Source of the DNA: an uncultured Candidatus Saccharibacteria bacterium
GTDB lineage: Bacteria > Patescibacteriota > Doudnabacteria > UBA920
Assembly: GCA_964556325.1 (NCBI GenBank)
Contig: CAZKVS010000003.1
Location: forward strand, 4,219-68,218
DNA: 64,000 bases
Reading direction: 5' to 3'
Shown here: positions 27,207-36,944 of the stretch, piece after piece
Numbering within the stretch: the stretch's first letter is position 1
Layout: every line of letters begins with the position of its first letter
Position numbers and translations under genes: made by a program
The notes under the pieces: model-generated
Databases searched by the model: none
What the model was told of the DNA's origin: nothing
What the model saw: the letters and a program-made list of their open reading frames with translations, nothing else

Positions 27207-27284
27207 TTATCGACAACACAACACACCGCAGGAAAGCGGGTTACAACACACTATATTTATAGTAAATACTATCTGGCTCTTCAT
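27207..27284 (-). CDS. putative Cys-rich leader peptide
   Basis: MKSQIVFTINIVCCNPLSCGVLCCR*, 5 Cys in the last 13 codons. Confidence 0.5.
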   Translation of the reverse strand: MKSQIVFTINIVCCNPLSCGVLCCR

Positions 27285-27360
27285 ATAGTGCATTTATTAT
27301 ATCATTTTAGAGGTCAATTCACAAGTTTAATTTTTGCACTATATCGGCTAGTATTATTAT

Positions 27361-28371
27361 ATGAAATTACTCATTACTGGCGGGGCAGGGTTTATTGGTT
27401 CTAACTTTGCCCGCTATTGGACTACCAACCATCCGGAAGACCAGGTGGTTGTCTTGGATAAACTAACCTATGCCGGCAATATGCAAAATATCGCCGATAT
27501 TGGTTCACGCATTACGTTTATACATGGTGATATTTGCGACACAGATACCGTTCGCGCAGCCATGACTGACTGCACTACGGTTGTGCATTTTGCAGCAGAA
27601 ACTCATGTGGACCGATCCATAACAGGTCCAGATGTATTTATTCAAACAAACGTACTCGGCACTCACACCCTGCTTCGCATAGCTCGAGAACTCGGCGTAG
27701 AACGTTTTCATCATGTGTCCACCGACGAAGTGCTCGGACAACTTCCCTTAGAAACCAATGAACGATGGGACGAGAACTCTCCCTACAACCCCCGCAGTCC
27801 CTACTCAGCGAGCAAAGCCGCGAGCGACCACTTAGTACGGGCATACCATACTACCTACGACCTACCCGTTACCATAAGCAACTGTGCCAACAACTACGGA
27901 CCGTACCTGTATCCAGAAAAACTGCTTTCGCTCGCAATTACAAACCTACTTGAGGGCAAGAAAGTTCCCATATACGGTACCGGCGACCAAGTGCGCGAAT
28001 GGCTCTACGTTGAGGACCACTGCCGCGGCATTGAGGCCATACTCCAAAAAGGCACAGTGGGTGAAACCTATTTTATAGGACCCGGCGAACAACGAGTAAC
28101 CAACTTGGAACTTATATGGAAAGTCTTAAACCTCATGGGCAAAGACGAGAGCAGTTTGGAATTCGTTACAGACCGACCCGGCCATGACCAACGCTATGCC
28201 CTCTCTATAACAAAGATTGAACGAGAGCTTGGCTGGCACCCCGCTGTACAACTTGATGACGGACTGCGAAAAATGATTGACTGGTTCAGTGCGAACGAAG
28301 CCTGGTGGAGACCCATTAAGTCCGGCGAGTATAAAAAATATTACGAACAGCAATATGGCACTAGAGGCTAG
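27361..28371 (+). CDS. rfbB: dTDP-glucose 4,6-dehydratase
   Basis: TGGAGFIGSNF, DKLTYAGN, HFAAETHVDRSI, STDEV, SPYSASKA, DRPGHD.RY. Confidence 0.96.
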   Translation: MKLLITGGAGFIGSNFARYWTTNHPEDQVVVLDKLTYAGNMQNIADIGSRITFIHGDICDTDTVRAAMTDCTTVVHFAAETHVDRSITGPDVFIQTNVLGTHTLLRIARELGVERFHHVSTDEVLGQLPLETNERWDENSPYNPRSPYSASKAASDHLVRAYHTTYDLPVTISNCANNYGPYLYPEKLLSLAITNLLEGKKVPIYGTGDQVREWLYVEDHCRGIEAILQKGTVGETYFIGPGEQRVTNLELIWKVLNLMGKDESSLEFVTDRPGHDQRYALSITKIERELGWHPAVQLDDGLRKMIDWFSANEAWWRPIKSGEYKKYYEQQYGTRG

Positions 28372-28403
28372 AATCACGAATTAGGAATTAAGTATTAAGA
28401 ATT

Positions 28404-28979
28404 ATGGCGAACTTACCAACAACAGAAATAGCTACTCGAACAACCGACATACCCGGATTACTTGTCTTCTCTGTAAGTCTCATGGGTGACGAACGAGGTT
28501 GGTTGCAAGAAAAGTTTCAAAAACAAAAGCTTGTCGCAGCCGGCTTACCTCAAGATTTTACACCCGTGCAACACAGTCTCTCTTATAACCAAAAACCTGG
28601 CGTGACCCGCGGCCTACATGCAGAACCCTGGCGCAAGTATGTAGGCGTTATTACCGGTAAAGTCTTTGGCGCGTATGTGGACTTGCGAGAAGGACCCACA
28701 TTCGGAAAAACCGCCTTTGTGACCATTGATCAAACCACAACGGTTTTTATACCGAAAGGCGTAGCCAACTCTTTTCAAAGCATTGAACCGGAGACGTATT
28801 ACTCGTACTTAGTGGACGACTACTGGAGTCAAGAACGCATGCCGGAATACAAATTCCTCAACCTTGCAGACCCCACAGTAGCCATCCCCTGGCCCGTGCC
28901 TCTAAGTGAAGCCATTATATCCGAACGCGATCGGAACCACCCCCTTCTTTCGTCAGTAACTCCTTTTCCGCATGTATAA
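28404..28979 (+). CDS. rfbC: dTDP-4-dehydrorhamnose 3,5-epimerase
   Basis: DERGW..E, GVTRGLHAEPW, VDLREGPTFG. Confidence 0.92.
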   Translation: MANLPTTEIATRTTDIPGLLVFSVSLMGDERGWLQEKFQKQKLVAAGLPQDFTPVQHSLSYNQKPGVTRGLHAEPWRKYVGVITGKVFGAYVDLREGPTFGKTAFVTIDQTTTVFIPKGVANSFQSIEPETYYSYLVDDYWSQERMPEYKFLNLADPTVAIPWPVPLSEAIISERDRNHPLLSSVTPFPHV

Positions 28980-29820
28980 CCCCGAAGAAGTTTTAATAAT
29001 CGGTAAAACCGGCCAACTTGCGCAGAGCCTGCAGGAACTTATGCCGAAAGCCCACTGCGTTGGCAGGCCGGAATTCAATATAACTGACCCTCGCACGTAC
29101 GAGTCTATACCCTGGGCTCAATACAAAATTATTATTAATGCGAGCGCCTACAGCAGTGTGGACAATGCGGAAACCCCTGAGGGTAGAAAAGAAGCATGGA
29201 ATGTAAACGCATATGGCGTACGCAACCTTTGCGCCTACGCACTCCAGTACAACATCACCCTAGTTCATGTGTCGACCGACTATGTGTTTGACGGACTCAC
29301 CCCGAACCACCAAGAAACAGAAACAGTCGCGCCACTCAATGTGTACGGACAAAGTAAAGCTGCCGGTGAGTTGACTGTCTCGTTACTGCCAAAGCACTAC
29401 ATAGTTCGAACTCAGTGGCTTATTGGCAACGGCAAAAACTTTGTCCGAACCATGTATGAGCTCGGCAAGAAAGGCGTTTCCCCCACTGTAGTAAACGACC
29501 AGTTTGGCCGCCTTACTTTTACTAATTCGCTTGCAGATTTCATAGCACACCTCCTAGACAAGCAGCACGAATTTGGCACCTATCATTTTAGTAACACCGG
29601 CGCAGTTGCATCGTGGGCAGATATTGCCGCAGAAGTGTTTCGAATTGCAAACTTTAATTCCACCGTATTACCGGTTACGACTGATGAATTTAAAAAAGGC
29701 AAACAACCATTTGCCGACCGGCCTAGCCACTGCGACTTTGACCTGACCAAAATGCTTCAAACCGGCTTTGTGACCCGTGATTGGCAAACAAAGCTTAAGT
29801 TATATGTAGAAAATATATGA
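28972..29820 (+). CDS. rfbD: dTDP-4-dehydrorhamnose reductase
   Basis: GKTGQL, AYSSVDNAE, STDYVFDG, PLNVYGQSK, DQFGRLT. Confidence 0.93.
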   Translation: MYNPEEVLIIGKTGQLAQSLQELMPKAHCVGRPEFNITDPRTYESIPWAQYKIIINASAYSSVDNAETPEGRKEAWNVNAYGVRNLCAYALQYNITLVHVSTDYVFDGLTPNHQETETVAPLNVYGQSKAAGELTVSLLPKHYIVRTQWLIGNGKNFVRTMYELGKKGVSPTVVNDQFGRLTFTNSLADFIAHLLDKQHEFGTYHFSNTGAVASWADIAAEVFRIANFNSTVLPVTTDEFKKGKQPFADRPSHCDFDLTKMLQTGFVTRDWQTKLKLYVENI

Positions 29821-30548
29821 AAGGTATAATCCTCTCCGGCGGAAGCGCCACTCGACTCCGCCCCCTCTCCTATGTCACCAGCAAGCAGCTCATGCCGGTG
29901 TACAATAAACCAATGATTTTTTACCCGCTTCAGAAACTACTTGATGCAGGCATTACGGAAATCATGATTATTGTTGCGCCCGACCACTGTGGTGACTACA
30001 TGAAAGTACTCGGTAGTGGTAAAGACTTTGGCGCAAACGTTCGCTTCACCTATGAAATACAAGACAAGCCAGAAGGTTTGGCGCAAGCTCTCATAATAGC
30101 GGAAAACTTTTTGGATGACGGTGACAACGTAACGCTTTTACTAGGCGATAATATTTTTGAAGACGACCTGTCCACCGATATAAAATCATTTAAAAACGGG
30201 GCAAAAATATTTGTGAAAGAAGTGCCGGAGCAAGACCGCACCCGCTTTGGGATTGTTGAGCTAGATAACAACAACAAAGTTTTGAGCATTGAAGAAAAAC
30301 CGCAACAACCTAAGTCTTCATACGCGCAAACCGGCGCGTACATCTACGACAACCAAGCAGTGGGTGCAGCGAAAGCACAAAAACCTTCCCCGCGGGGCGA
30401 GCTTGAAATAACCGACCTTAACCTCTGGTATTTACAAAAGCAACAACTAGAGGCAGCCATTATTTCCGGTGAATGGATAGATGCAGGTACCTTTGAGTCC
30501 CTTTATCGAGCCAATACCTGGGCGCGAGAGCAAACTTTTAAATCCTAA
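29817..30548 (+). CDS. rfbA: glucose-1-phosphate thymidylyltransferase
   Basis: KGIILSGGSATRL.PL, SKQLMPVYNKPMI, GLAQA, LGDN, RGELEITD, DAGT. Confidence 0.92.
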   Translation: MKGIILSGGSATRLRPLSYVTSKQLMPVYNKPMIFYPLQKLLDAGITEIMIIVAPDHCGDYMKVLGSGKDFGANVRFTYEIQDKPEGLAQALIIAENFLDDGDNVTLLLGDNIFEDDLSTDIKSFKNGAKIFVKEVPEQDRTRFGIVELDNNNKVLSIEEKPQQPKSSYAQTGAYIYDNQAVGAAKAQKPSPRGELEITDLNLWYLQKQQLEAAIISGEWIDAGTFESLYRANTWAREQTFKS

Positions 30549-30552
30549 ATAT

Positions 30553-30588
30553 AAAAAAACCACCACTGCACAGAGTGGTGGTTTTTTA
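30553..30588. terminator. bidirectional intrinsic terminator
   Basis: AAAAAAACCACCACT-GCACAG-AGTGGTGGTTTTTT. Confidence 0.75.
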
Positions 30589-30598
30589 TACACGACAA

Positions 30599-31342
30599 CT
30601 AAGCACCATGCGCCAGCATGGCCAGATACCCTGTGAGTACCAGCCCAAGGAACAAGGAACCCAAAATCCTATACGAATACTTGTGTCCGGCTCGGTCTTG
30701 TACCTCCGGAATTAAATCGCAGGTCGCTATGTATATAAACACCCCTGCAACAATGGCCAACAGATATGGCAAATAGCCTGCCAACCAAGTGCCGCCATAG
30801 TATCCAATACCAATACCTACCAAACTGAGCAAAGAAGACGCTACGTTCACCCAAATAACTCTTGCCTTAGACCAGCCACGGTCCAACAAAATACTAAAAT
30901 CGCCAATCTCCTGAGGTAGCTCGTGCGCGGCAATAGCCAGCGCGGTAGGCAGTCCAAGCGCGGGGTTGGCTACATATACCAAAGCAATCACAATGCCGTC
31001 AAGCAGGTTGTGAAAACTATCACCTATCACTACCAACCAGGCAATGGCTTCCGTATGCTCACTATGTTCCGCTCCATGGACATGGAACTTTTGAATAAGA
31101 AAGCGCTCCAGGGCAAAAAACAGAAAAAAGCCAAACAGCACTGCTGCGAAAACCAAATGCGGCTCAGTTACCGCTTCCACCGCTTCCGGCAACAAATCCA
31201 AAAAACTTACTCCTAAAAAACTACCGGCGGCAAAAGCAAGTAGTGGAATCATTATTTTCTTAGCCAAGTCAGCCCGCCACACCAGCGCAATACCGCCAAC
31301 TAAAGAAAATAATCCTGCAATTAAACCATATACAATTAACAT
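30599..31342 (-). CDS. ZIP family zinc transporter
   Basis: LLPEA, GDSFHNLLDG, AHELPQEIGDF, FIYIA..DLIPE. Confidence 0.93.
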   Translation of the reverse strand: MLIVYGLIAGLFSLVGGIALVWRADLAKKIMIPLLAFAAGSFLGVSFLDLLPEAVEAVTEPHLVFAAVLFGFFLFFALERFLIQKFHVHGAEHSEHTEAIAWLVVIGDSFHNLLDGIVIALVYVANPALGLPTALAIAAHELPQEIGDFSILLDRGWSKARVIWVNVASSLLSLVGIGIGYYGGTWLAGYLPYLLAIVAGVFIYIATCDLIPEVQDRAGHKYSYRILGSLFLGLVLTGYLAMLAHGA

Positions 31343-31425
31343 ACAATATACTATTAGACTATTGCTTATTATTGTACCAAAAAACTACCCAAATAAACAT
31401 ATTCCAAAAAATCACTGCCTCTGCC

Positions 31426-32283
31426 TCAAAATACAAACACTATGTGCCTCTTTCGGTACGCTTCAATAGCTTCACGAATGAGGTTCATAAGTTCATTCTC
31501 TACTTCAGATTTTAATTTTATAAGATCCTCACTTACCGATACATGCCTGTAAGCGGGATACCTACCGCCCTCACTACTGAGAACCTTGACTTGCCCGTTG
31601 AATAGCAAATCCATCTTTCGCGTCTGGCCGTCTATCTCTGTGGGGTGTAAGTGTATTTTGGTGAATTTGTTTAGCACTTCCTGCTGTTCTTTCGAGAGAA
31701 ACCGAAGTACAGCGTTGTTTACCCCGACTATTTTTTTTGAAAAAGCGTAATACTGTATGGCAACAGGTGGTATGTCATAATGCCACTCAAACCCATGATT
31801 TTCTGCAACCATAGTAAATACAACCCTATCCAACTTCTTATCTGCAGGCAATGCGCCAACCAAGAGTCGTGCAGATGCGCTGGCTGAGTTGGCTTGCCAT
31901 ATTTCATCGTCTACAAATAATACTCGGGAAGGTGCGCGCCCTGCCAATTGTTCCACCGCTGTGGGCAATAGCGCACTGTTATCAAATAAGCCCAGGCGCT
32001 CATTATTTGGGTCCACATAGCGCTGCACCGGAAGCAGCAACTTTGGTGGCACCTGTTTTTCTAAGACTTTATAAAAAAGCTCGGTAAAATAAACCATAAC
32101 CGCACCTGAGTCACCGGGGCCAACTAACAAATCATAGTCATTCCCTTCCTCAACGCATAAACGATACAGCAATGCTATATATCTTTTAAAAACATGTTGC
32201 GCAATTATGGGAGAAAAAGGCTGCCTCCCATGCACCACTTCTTTTAACAAACTGTCTCCGGATAAAACCGCTTGTTCACTCAT
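31426..32283 (-). CDS. hypothetical protein with phosphoribosyltransferase-like motif
   Basis: LLVGPGDSG and RVLFVDDEIWQANS. Confidence 0.55.
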   Translation of the reverse strand: MSEQAVLSGDSLLKEVVHGRQPFSPIIAQHVFKRYIALLYRLCVEEGNDYDLLVGPGDSGAVMVYFTELFYKVLEKQVPPKLLLPVQRYVDPNNERLGLFDNSALLPTAVEQLAGRAPSRVLFVDDEIWQANSASASARLLVGALPADKKLDRVVFTMVAENHGFEWHYDIPPVAIQYYAFSKKIVGVNNAVLRFLSKEQQEVLNKFTKIHLHPTEIDGQTRKMDLLFNGQVKVLSSEGGRYPAYRHVSVSEDLIKLKSEVENELMNLIREAIEAYRKRHIVFVF

Positions 32284-32298
32284 ACCCTATACTCCTCG

Positions 32299-33564
32299 CT
32301 AAATAAATGAATACAATAACCAAAACAATAAAGCTAAATCGTTTTTAAAATATGGAATGTCCACCAAACCATGGACCACGAGCGCGATACAGGCAAGAGC
32401 CAAGCCAAGGGCAAGTTGGTTTTTCCTGTTTTGCCACCCTCGCTTAAGCGCCAGGACAATAAGCCCAAAGAAAGATACCAGTCCAAGCAAGCCAGTGTCT
32501 ACCCAAAAATTCAAAACAATATTATGCGGAGCCGGATAGTGCTCTAGGCCTGGGTCCGTGTTGTACTTAGTCCAGTTGTTACTGAACCCAAGTATGCCTT
32601 TACCTACAAGAGGACTATCTTCCACCATATGCCAACCCGTACGCCACAAAGAAAAACGCGCCACACTAGATTTTTCACCCTGGAAAGGAAGCAACACTCG
32701 ATACCGAAAATTCGGTACAGCTAATACAACTATCAGACTGCACGCAAAAAGGACGGCCGTCCCTTTTAAGTACCAACGATTTCCAGAAACTAATACGAAT
32801 ACACCAATGGCTGCAGCCAACCCTAACCAACCACCGCGTGATAAGGATAGTAAAAGACCGACGGCGCCGAGAAGCCACGCAGCCGTAGTGAACAGTGTAT
32901 AGTGTACAGTGGACAGCTTGGATTGAAAATTTGGTCTTGCATCTATTCTGTTCACTGACCACTGTTCACTGACCACTGGTATTAAAAATCCCAGCAATGG
33001 CGTAACGAACAGGGCGTAAAAATTTGGGTGCAAAAAGAACGCCACTGCCCGCTTTGGCTCCTGCGCATTTCCCCACCAGGCAGTTGGTACACCAATGAGA
33101 GTGAAATATTGGATAATGGCGTAGAGGCCGGCAACTGATACAAAGAGCAAGGCCGCTTGTGTCAGTAAATTTCCAATTTCTAACCTGCCTCGCCCGACGC
33201 GAGTCAAGGCGGGTTGCCAATTTCTAATGGAACCCAGGTAATGGACTATAACAAAGGTGCCGATGGGTTGCAGGAAGAGAACAATAAACTGGCCAAGTTT
33301 TTCTTGAGAGAAACCGCCCACGAAGAGAGAGGCCGTTCCCGCCAGAACAAATATAGTAAGCAGTAAGCAGTAAGCAGTAAGCAGCTCGGAACGAAGCCAA
33401 GCGAAAAATTCAAAAAATCGGGAGGTAGACGCAATCCATATAACAAACACTAACCACAGCAAAAAAAGCCAGACCATTAAAAGATTGGTAGGTAAACCAA
33501 GGAGGTTAAACCGCACCACATACGTGGGCGCGAGTAACAAGGTCAATGCTAACAAATACTGCAT
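32299..33564 (-). CDS. O-antigen ligase (Wzy_C/WaaL-like) family protein
   Basis: HPNFYA, SLSRGGW, R..LW......P..G.G, PHNIVL..W.DTG, HGLVD. Confidence 0.88.
   Translation of the reverse strand: MQYLLALTLLLAPTYVVRFNLLGLPTNLLMVWLFLLWLVFVIWIASTSRFFEFFAWLRSELLTAYCLLLTIFVLAGTASLFVGGFSQEKLGQFIVLFLQPIGTFVIVHYLGSIRNWQPALTRVGRGRLEIGNLLTQAALLFVSVAGLYAIIQYFTLIGVPTAWWGNAQEPKRAVAFFLHPNFYALFVTPLLGFLIPVVSEQWSVNRIDARPNFQSKLSTVHYTLFTTAAWLLGAVGLLLSLSRGGWLGLAAAIGVFVLVSGNRWYLKGTAVLFACSLIVVLAVPNFRYRVLLPFQGEKSSVARFSLWRTGWHMVEDSPLVGKGILGFSNNWTKYNTDPGLEHYPAPHNIVLNFWVDTGLLGLVSFFGLIVLALKRGWQNRKNQLALGLALACIALVVHGLVDIPYFKNDLALLFWLLYSFI
32886..32978. repeat. in-frame inverted heptamer arrays inside the O-antigen ligase
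   Basis: TAGTGAA CAGTGTA TAGTGTA CAGTGGA facing CTGTTCA CTGACCA CTGTTCA CTGACCA. Confidence 0.75.
33168..33228. repeat. in-frame GC-rich palindrome nested in an AATTTCY array
   Basis: AATTTCCAATTTCTAA-CCTGCCTCGCCCGACGCGAGTCAAGGCGGG-TTGCCAATTTCTAAT. Confidence 0.7.
33354..33384. repeat. in-frame (CAGTAAG)n heptamer array
   Basis: TAGTAAG CAGTAAG CAGTAAG CAGTAAG CAG encoding LLTAYCLLLT. Confidence 0.8.
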
Positions 33565-33637
33565 ATACATAGAGTACCACGGGAAAACCCACTCCGCCAC
33601 ACTTGAAGAACTGTTCTATTTCCTATACGGTTACCTT

Positions 33638-34162
33638 ATGAATGAAGCGGCTTTTACTAAAATTTGCGGACTGTTCGACGCACTATCTATGCCCTACCAA
33701 GCCTGCGTACATGAAGTATGCAGAACAAGCGAAGAATCGGCCCGAGTACGTAAAGCAGCCGGACTGCCCGACGCCATTGGCGCCAAAGCCCTCCTTTGCA
33801 AAGTAGACTGGCGAGGAGACGCTCCAGCAGAATTTATTACCTTTGTCCTGCCGGGCACGCACACGCTCGATAAAATAAAACTCAAACAAGCCTTGCCGGA
33901 ATTGAAACAGTTCCGCTTTGCTACCGCGGAAGAACTTACGAACCTTGCCGGCGTAGTGCCCGGCTGCATGCCGCCGTTTGGCCAGCAAATATTTACCGGT
34001 ATTGCAAAACTCTACGTGAGCAGTCACATTCAAAACTTTGAACGCGTAGCGTTCAACGCCGCAAAACTTGATACCAGCATAGTGCTACTTACCACCGATT
34101 ACATACGAGCGGTTGCTGCGGATGCGATTTTTGACTTCTCTTCACCAAAACAGGCAACATAA
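33638..34162 (+). CDS. YbaK/EbsC aminoacyl-tRNA deacylase family protein
   Basis: H...TSEES..VR, GAKALL, RFAT.EEL, PGCMPPFG, FNA. Confidence 0.88.
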   Translation: MNEAAFTKICGLFDALSMPYQACVHEVCRTSEESARVRKAAGLPDAIGAKALLCKVDWRGDAPAEFITFVLPGTHTLDKIKLKQALPELKQFRFATAEELTNLAGVVPGCMPPFGQQIFTGIAKLYVSSHIQNFERVAFNAAKLDTSIVLLTTDYIRAVAADAIFDFSSPKQAT

Positions 34163-34164
34163 AT

Positions 34165-34797
34165 CTACACCAGCTTTTTGCCGCCCTTCGTCCATTCCAA
34201 AATGGTACCCGCAGCTATTTCTATAGGCTCCGCCGGACGAAACCATTTTTCTTGCGTCTTGCTGAATAAAAAATAATGTCTTGCTTCATCTAACGCGACA
34301 GGAATTTCCCACACGTCCTCCACGCTAGTCTCCCACTTAACGGAGTCGAAGCGCGCTAAATTAAAGGGAACAGAGTATTCCCGCAGGTTCTTTTTTCCAG
34401 TTGTATTTTCAAAATATTCATGAAAAAAAGAAAGCGCTAGCTCGCGAAGAGTTTTATATATTGGTTCGCGATACCGAAGTACCGCATGGTTTGTCTTACT
34501 TATTGCACCCCAGTATCCACCGGCTTGGAATAACGCGACCACATGGTCTTGGTCCGGCCGCTTTGCGCGTAAATCCATAACCAATGGACGAGCACCGTGA
34601 AAACGTAACACACTTGCTGCAAACATTGCGCCCTCCATACAGTGCGCTGTCCCCGTCTCCACCACTCGCAACGGCGACATGCATGTCTCGCCGGTACGTT
34701 CAAAGTTGGCCGGTAATGTATTTAAATAGTCCTGAATTTTCGCAGGATTATTGAGCTTGGTATACAACCGAATTAAATGGTGCGGAAGAATAGACAT
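34165..34797 (-). CDS. hypothetical protein with possible transglutaminase-like Cys/His motifs
   Basis: AHCMEGAMFAA, DQDHVVALF, WGAISKTNHAVLRYREP. Confidence 0.75.
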   Translation of the reverse strand: MSILPHHLIRLYTKLNNPAKIQDYLNTLPANFERTGETCMSPLRVVETGTAHCMEGAMFAASVLRFHGARPLVMDLRAKRPDQDHVVALFQAGGYWGAISKTNHAVLRYREPIYKTLRELALSFFHEYFENTTGKKNLREYSVPFNLARFDSVKWETSVEDVWEIPVALDEARHYFLFSKTQEKWFRPAEPIEIAAGTILEWTKGGKKLV

Positions 34798-34840
34798 CTA
34801 CTTATACTATAGCAAACCCGACATGGTACAATACAGCAGT

Positions 34841-36358
34841 ATGCAAATCTTTCACTCAAAAATATATTTCCTGAGCACAGGACTTTTAGTAGGTATGTGC
34901 AGCATGGGCCTAGAGCTCTGTGCGAGTAGGCTACTTGCTCCTCACTTTGGCACTTCCGTTGTGGTCTGGACAAACGTAATAGGAGTAGTCTTGCTTTCCT
35001 TAAGCCTCGGTTATTATTTAGGCGGTAAACTTGCCGAACGCCAAAGCAACACGCGGATACTTGCCTGGCTTCTCTACACAGGCAGTGTATTGACGCTTTT
35101 CATACCGCTTGTTGCCCCATTCTTGCTTCAATCGGTATTTATTCGTTATGGTTCACCTCATATTATACTCACCCTCTTACTTGGCCCACTTATAGCGAGC
35201 ATAGTGCTTTTTGGGTTACCGGTTTTTCTTATGGGTACTATAAGCCCTTACCTACTTACACTTCTGACCCAAAAATTTGGCCATGTAGGTAGCACTTCGG
35301 GCCAACTCTTTGCCTTATCTACTATAGGCGGACTACTGGGTACATTTCTGCCCACACTCCTACTCGTTCCTTGGCTCGGCACACGCGTAACTATTACACT
35401 CTTTGGCCTACTTCTCGGACTCATAAGCTTGCCACATCTAGGAGCAAAAAAGAGGATTATCCAGGCCGCCATTGCGTTAGCACTACTCACCGCAGCACAA
35501 ATACTCCTCCCCCAAAACACAACAGAAGTTGCGTCAGCAGAAACTGCCTACCAACGAGTGGCCATTAACAGCCCTCGCCAAGGCCTCCACTACTTACAGC
35601 TAGACGCCGGCTTCGGCGTCCAGTCTGTCTACGACCCTGAGTCCATACTCACCGGCTATTATTACGACTATGCATCCCTGCTTCCCTATCTTCTGAACCG
35701 AGATTTAAAAAAAGAGCCGGCACAGGTGCTCATTGTGGGCTTGGCCGGAGGAACCATTGCAAGACAAATGCATTATTTCTTTGACTCAGAAGTCTCACTC
35801 CATGGTGTTGAGCTAGATCCGGGAGTTACGCGTATGGCAAATGACTATATGGGTTTACGAGATACGCCAATACAAATCACCCATGGCGACGGCAGACAAG
35901 TACTCGCAGAAGACACAAACACATACGACATAATTATAGTTGACACCTATTTTAACGACCTACAAATACCCTGGACCATGACTACAGAGGAATTTTGGCG
36001 TGTCGTACAAAATCACTTAAAACCTGACGGTATTGCTGCCATGAACATAGCCGCACTCGGAGCAAGTAAAAGCGCATTGGCGGATGCGATAACAAACACT
36101 CAAGCCCATGTGTTCCCGTACGTGTACGAGGCCAAGTTAAAAGAAGGCAAAAATTCCAACCACTTAGTTATTTTAAGCAGCACCAATCCTAATGCTACAG
36201 TACGCTTCAGCGCTCTTCCACCTTCAGAGATTGCCCCGCTTGGAGAACTACTGGCGCATGAATTAACACGAATCAGTCCAAATTCAATAGTAGCCACGCT
36301 GACCGATGACAAAGCACCTATAGAATGGCTTATGGCACGCGACGGACTCTCTCACTAA
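34841..36358 (+). CDS. fused MFS-like membrane domain / spermidine synthase-like protein
   Basis: LE...SRLLAP.FGTS, ALSTIG...GTF, GLAGGT, VELDP, GDGR, YD.IIVD, LTDDKAP. Confidence 0.9.
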   Translation: MQIFHSKIYFLSTGLLVGMCSMGLELCASRLLAPHFGTSVVVWTNVIGVVLLSLSLGYYLGGKLAERQSNTRILAWLLYTGSVLTLFIPLVAPFLLQSVFIRYGSPHIILTLLLGPLIASIVLFGLPVFLMGTISPYLLTLLTQKFGHVGSTSGQLFALSTIGGLLGTFLPTLLLVPWLGTRVTITLFGLLLGLISLPHLGAKKRIIQAAIALALLTAAQILLPQNTTEVASAETAYQRVAINSPRQGLHYLQLDAGFGVQSVYDPESILTGYYYDYASLLPYLLNRDLKKEPAQVLIVGLAGGTIARQMHYFFDSEVSLHGVELDPGVTRMANDYMGLRDTPIQITHGDGRQVLAEDTNTYDIIIVDTYFNDLQIPWTMTTEEFWRVVQNHLKPDGIAAMNIAALGASKSALADAITNTQAHVFPYVYEAKLKEGKNSNHLVILSSTNPNATVRFSALPPSEIAPLGELLAHELTRISPNSIVATLTDDKAPIEWLMARDGLSH

Positions 36359-36368
36359 AATCTATACA

Positions 36369-36944
36369 CTATTTAAAACGGACCGGCACACGGACACTTG
36401 CGTCCAAATCAGACAACCCGGAAGGGTTGTCTTTTGCAAACTCAACAAAACCCGTCTCAGTCCGGAGTGCGGTAAATGAAAGCGTTACTGTAAACGGAAC
36501 ATAGTCTATGGTTTGCCAGTCTGCACCTGCACGCGCTTGGGTTTCCGCAATAACATTTCCCTGCGCGTCTAGTACACGCACCGGGAAACTCGCCTCAAAA
36601 AACCAGGTACCGAGTGCTTTACCATGCAACACGGTAGGACTTGTAACATACGCATTAGCCGGTAGAGCCTCTAGCACAACGGGCGTGCTCTCTGTAGCTA
36701 CCGGTACGTCCTCGGCATTTTCTACAAAAGCAATTTTACCTGCCTGACATCGACGCGGCTGACTCTCTTGTACCGGATAACCCTGTGTTACACATTCTGC
36801 AAAAGAATGTGGCCTTACTGCCAAGTTAACCGGTAAAGGGTCCGGCGTAACTACGGAACTTTGCCCTACACGCTGAGACGTGTACAAAGCAAGCGCGCCA
36901 ACCCCAACCAATACTATACCCGCAACCAGATAGTGTTTCTTCAT
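36369..36944 (-). CDS. Gmad2 immunoglobulin-like domain exported protein
   Basis: SF.ECV..GYPV.ES.PR.C, G.A.G.WFFEASFPV, KDNPSG. Confidence 0.85.
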   Translation of the reverse strand: MKKHYLVAGIVLVGVGALALYTSQRVGQSSVVTPDPLPVNLAVRPHSFAECVTQGYPVQESQPRRCQAGKIAFVENAEDVPVATESTPVVLEALPANAYVTSPTVLHGKALGTWFFEASFPVRVLDAQGNVIAETQARAGADWQTIDYVPFTVTLSFTALRTETGFVEFAKDNPSGLSDLDASVRVPVRFK

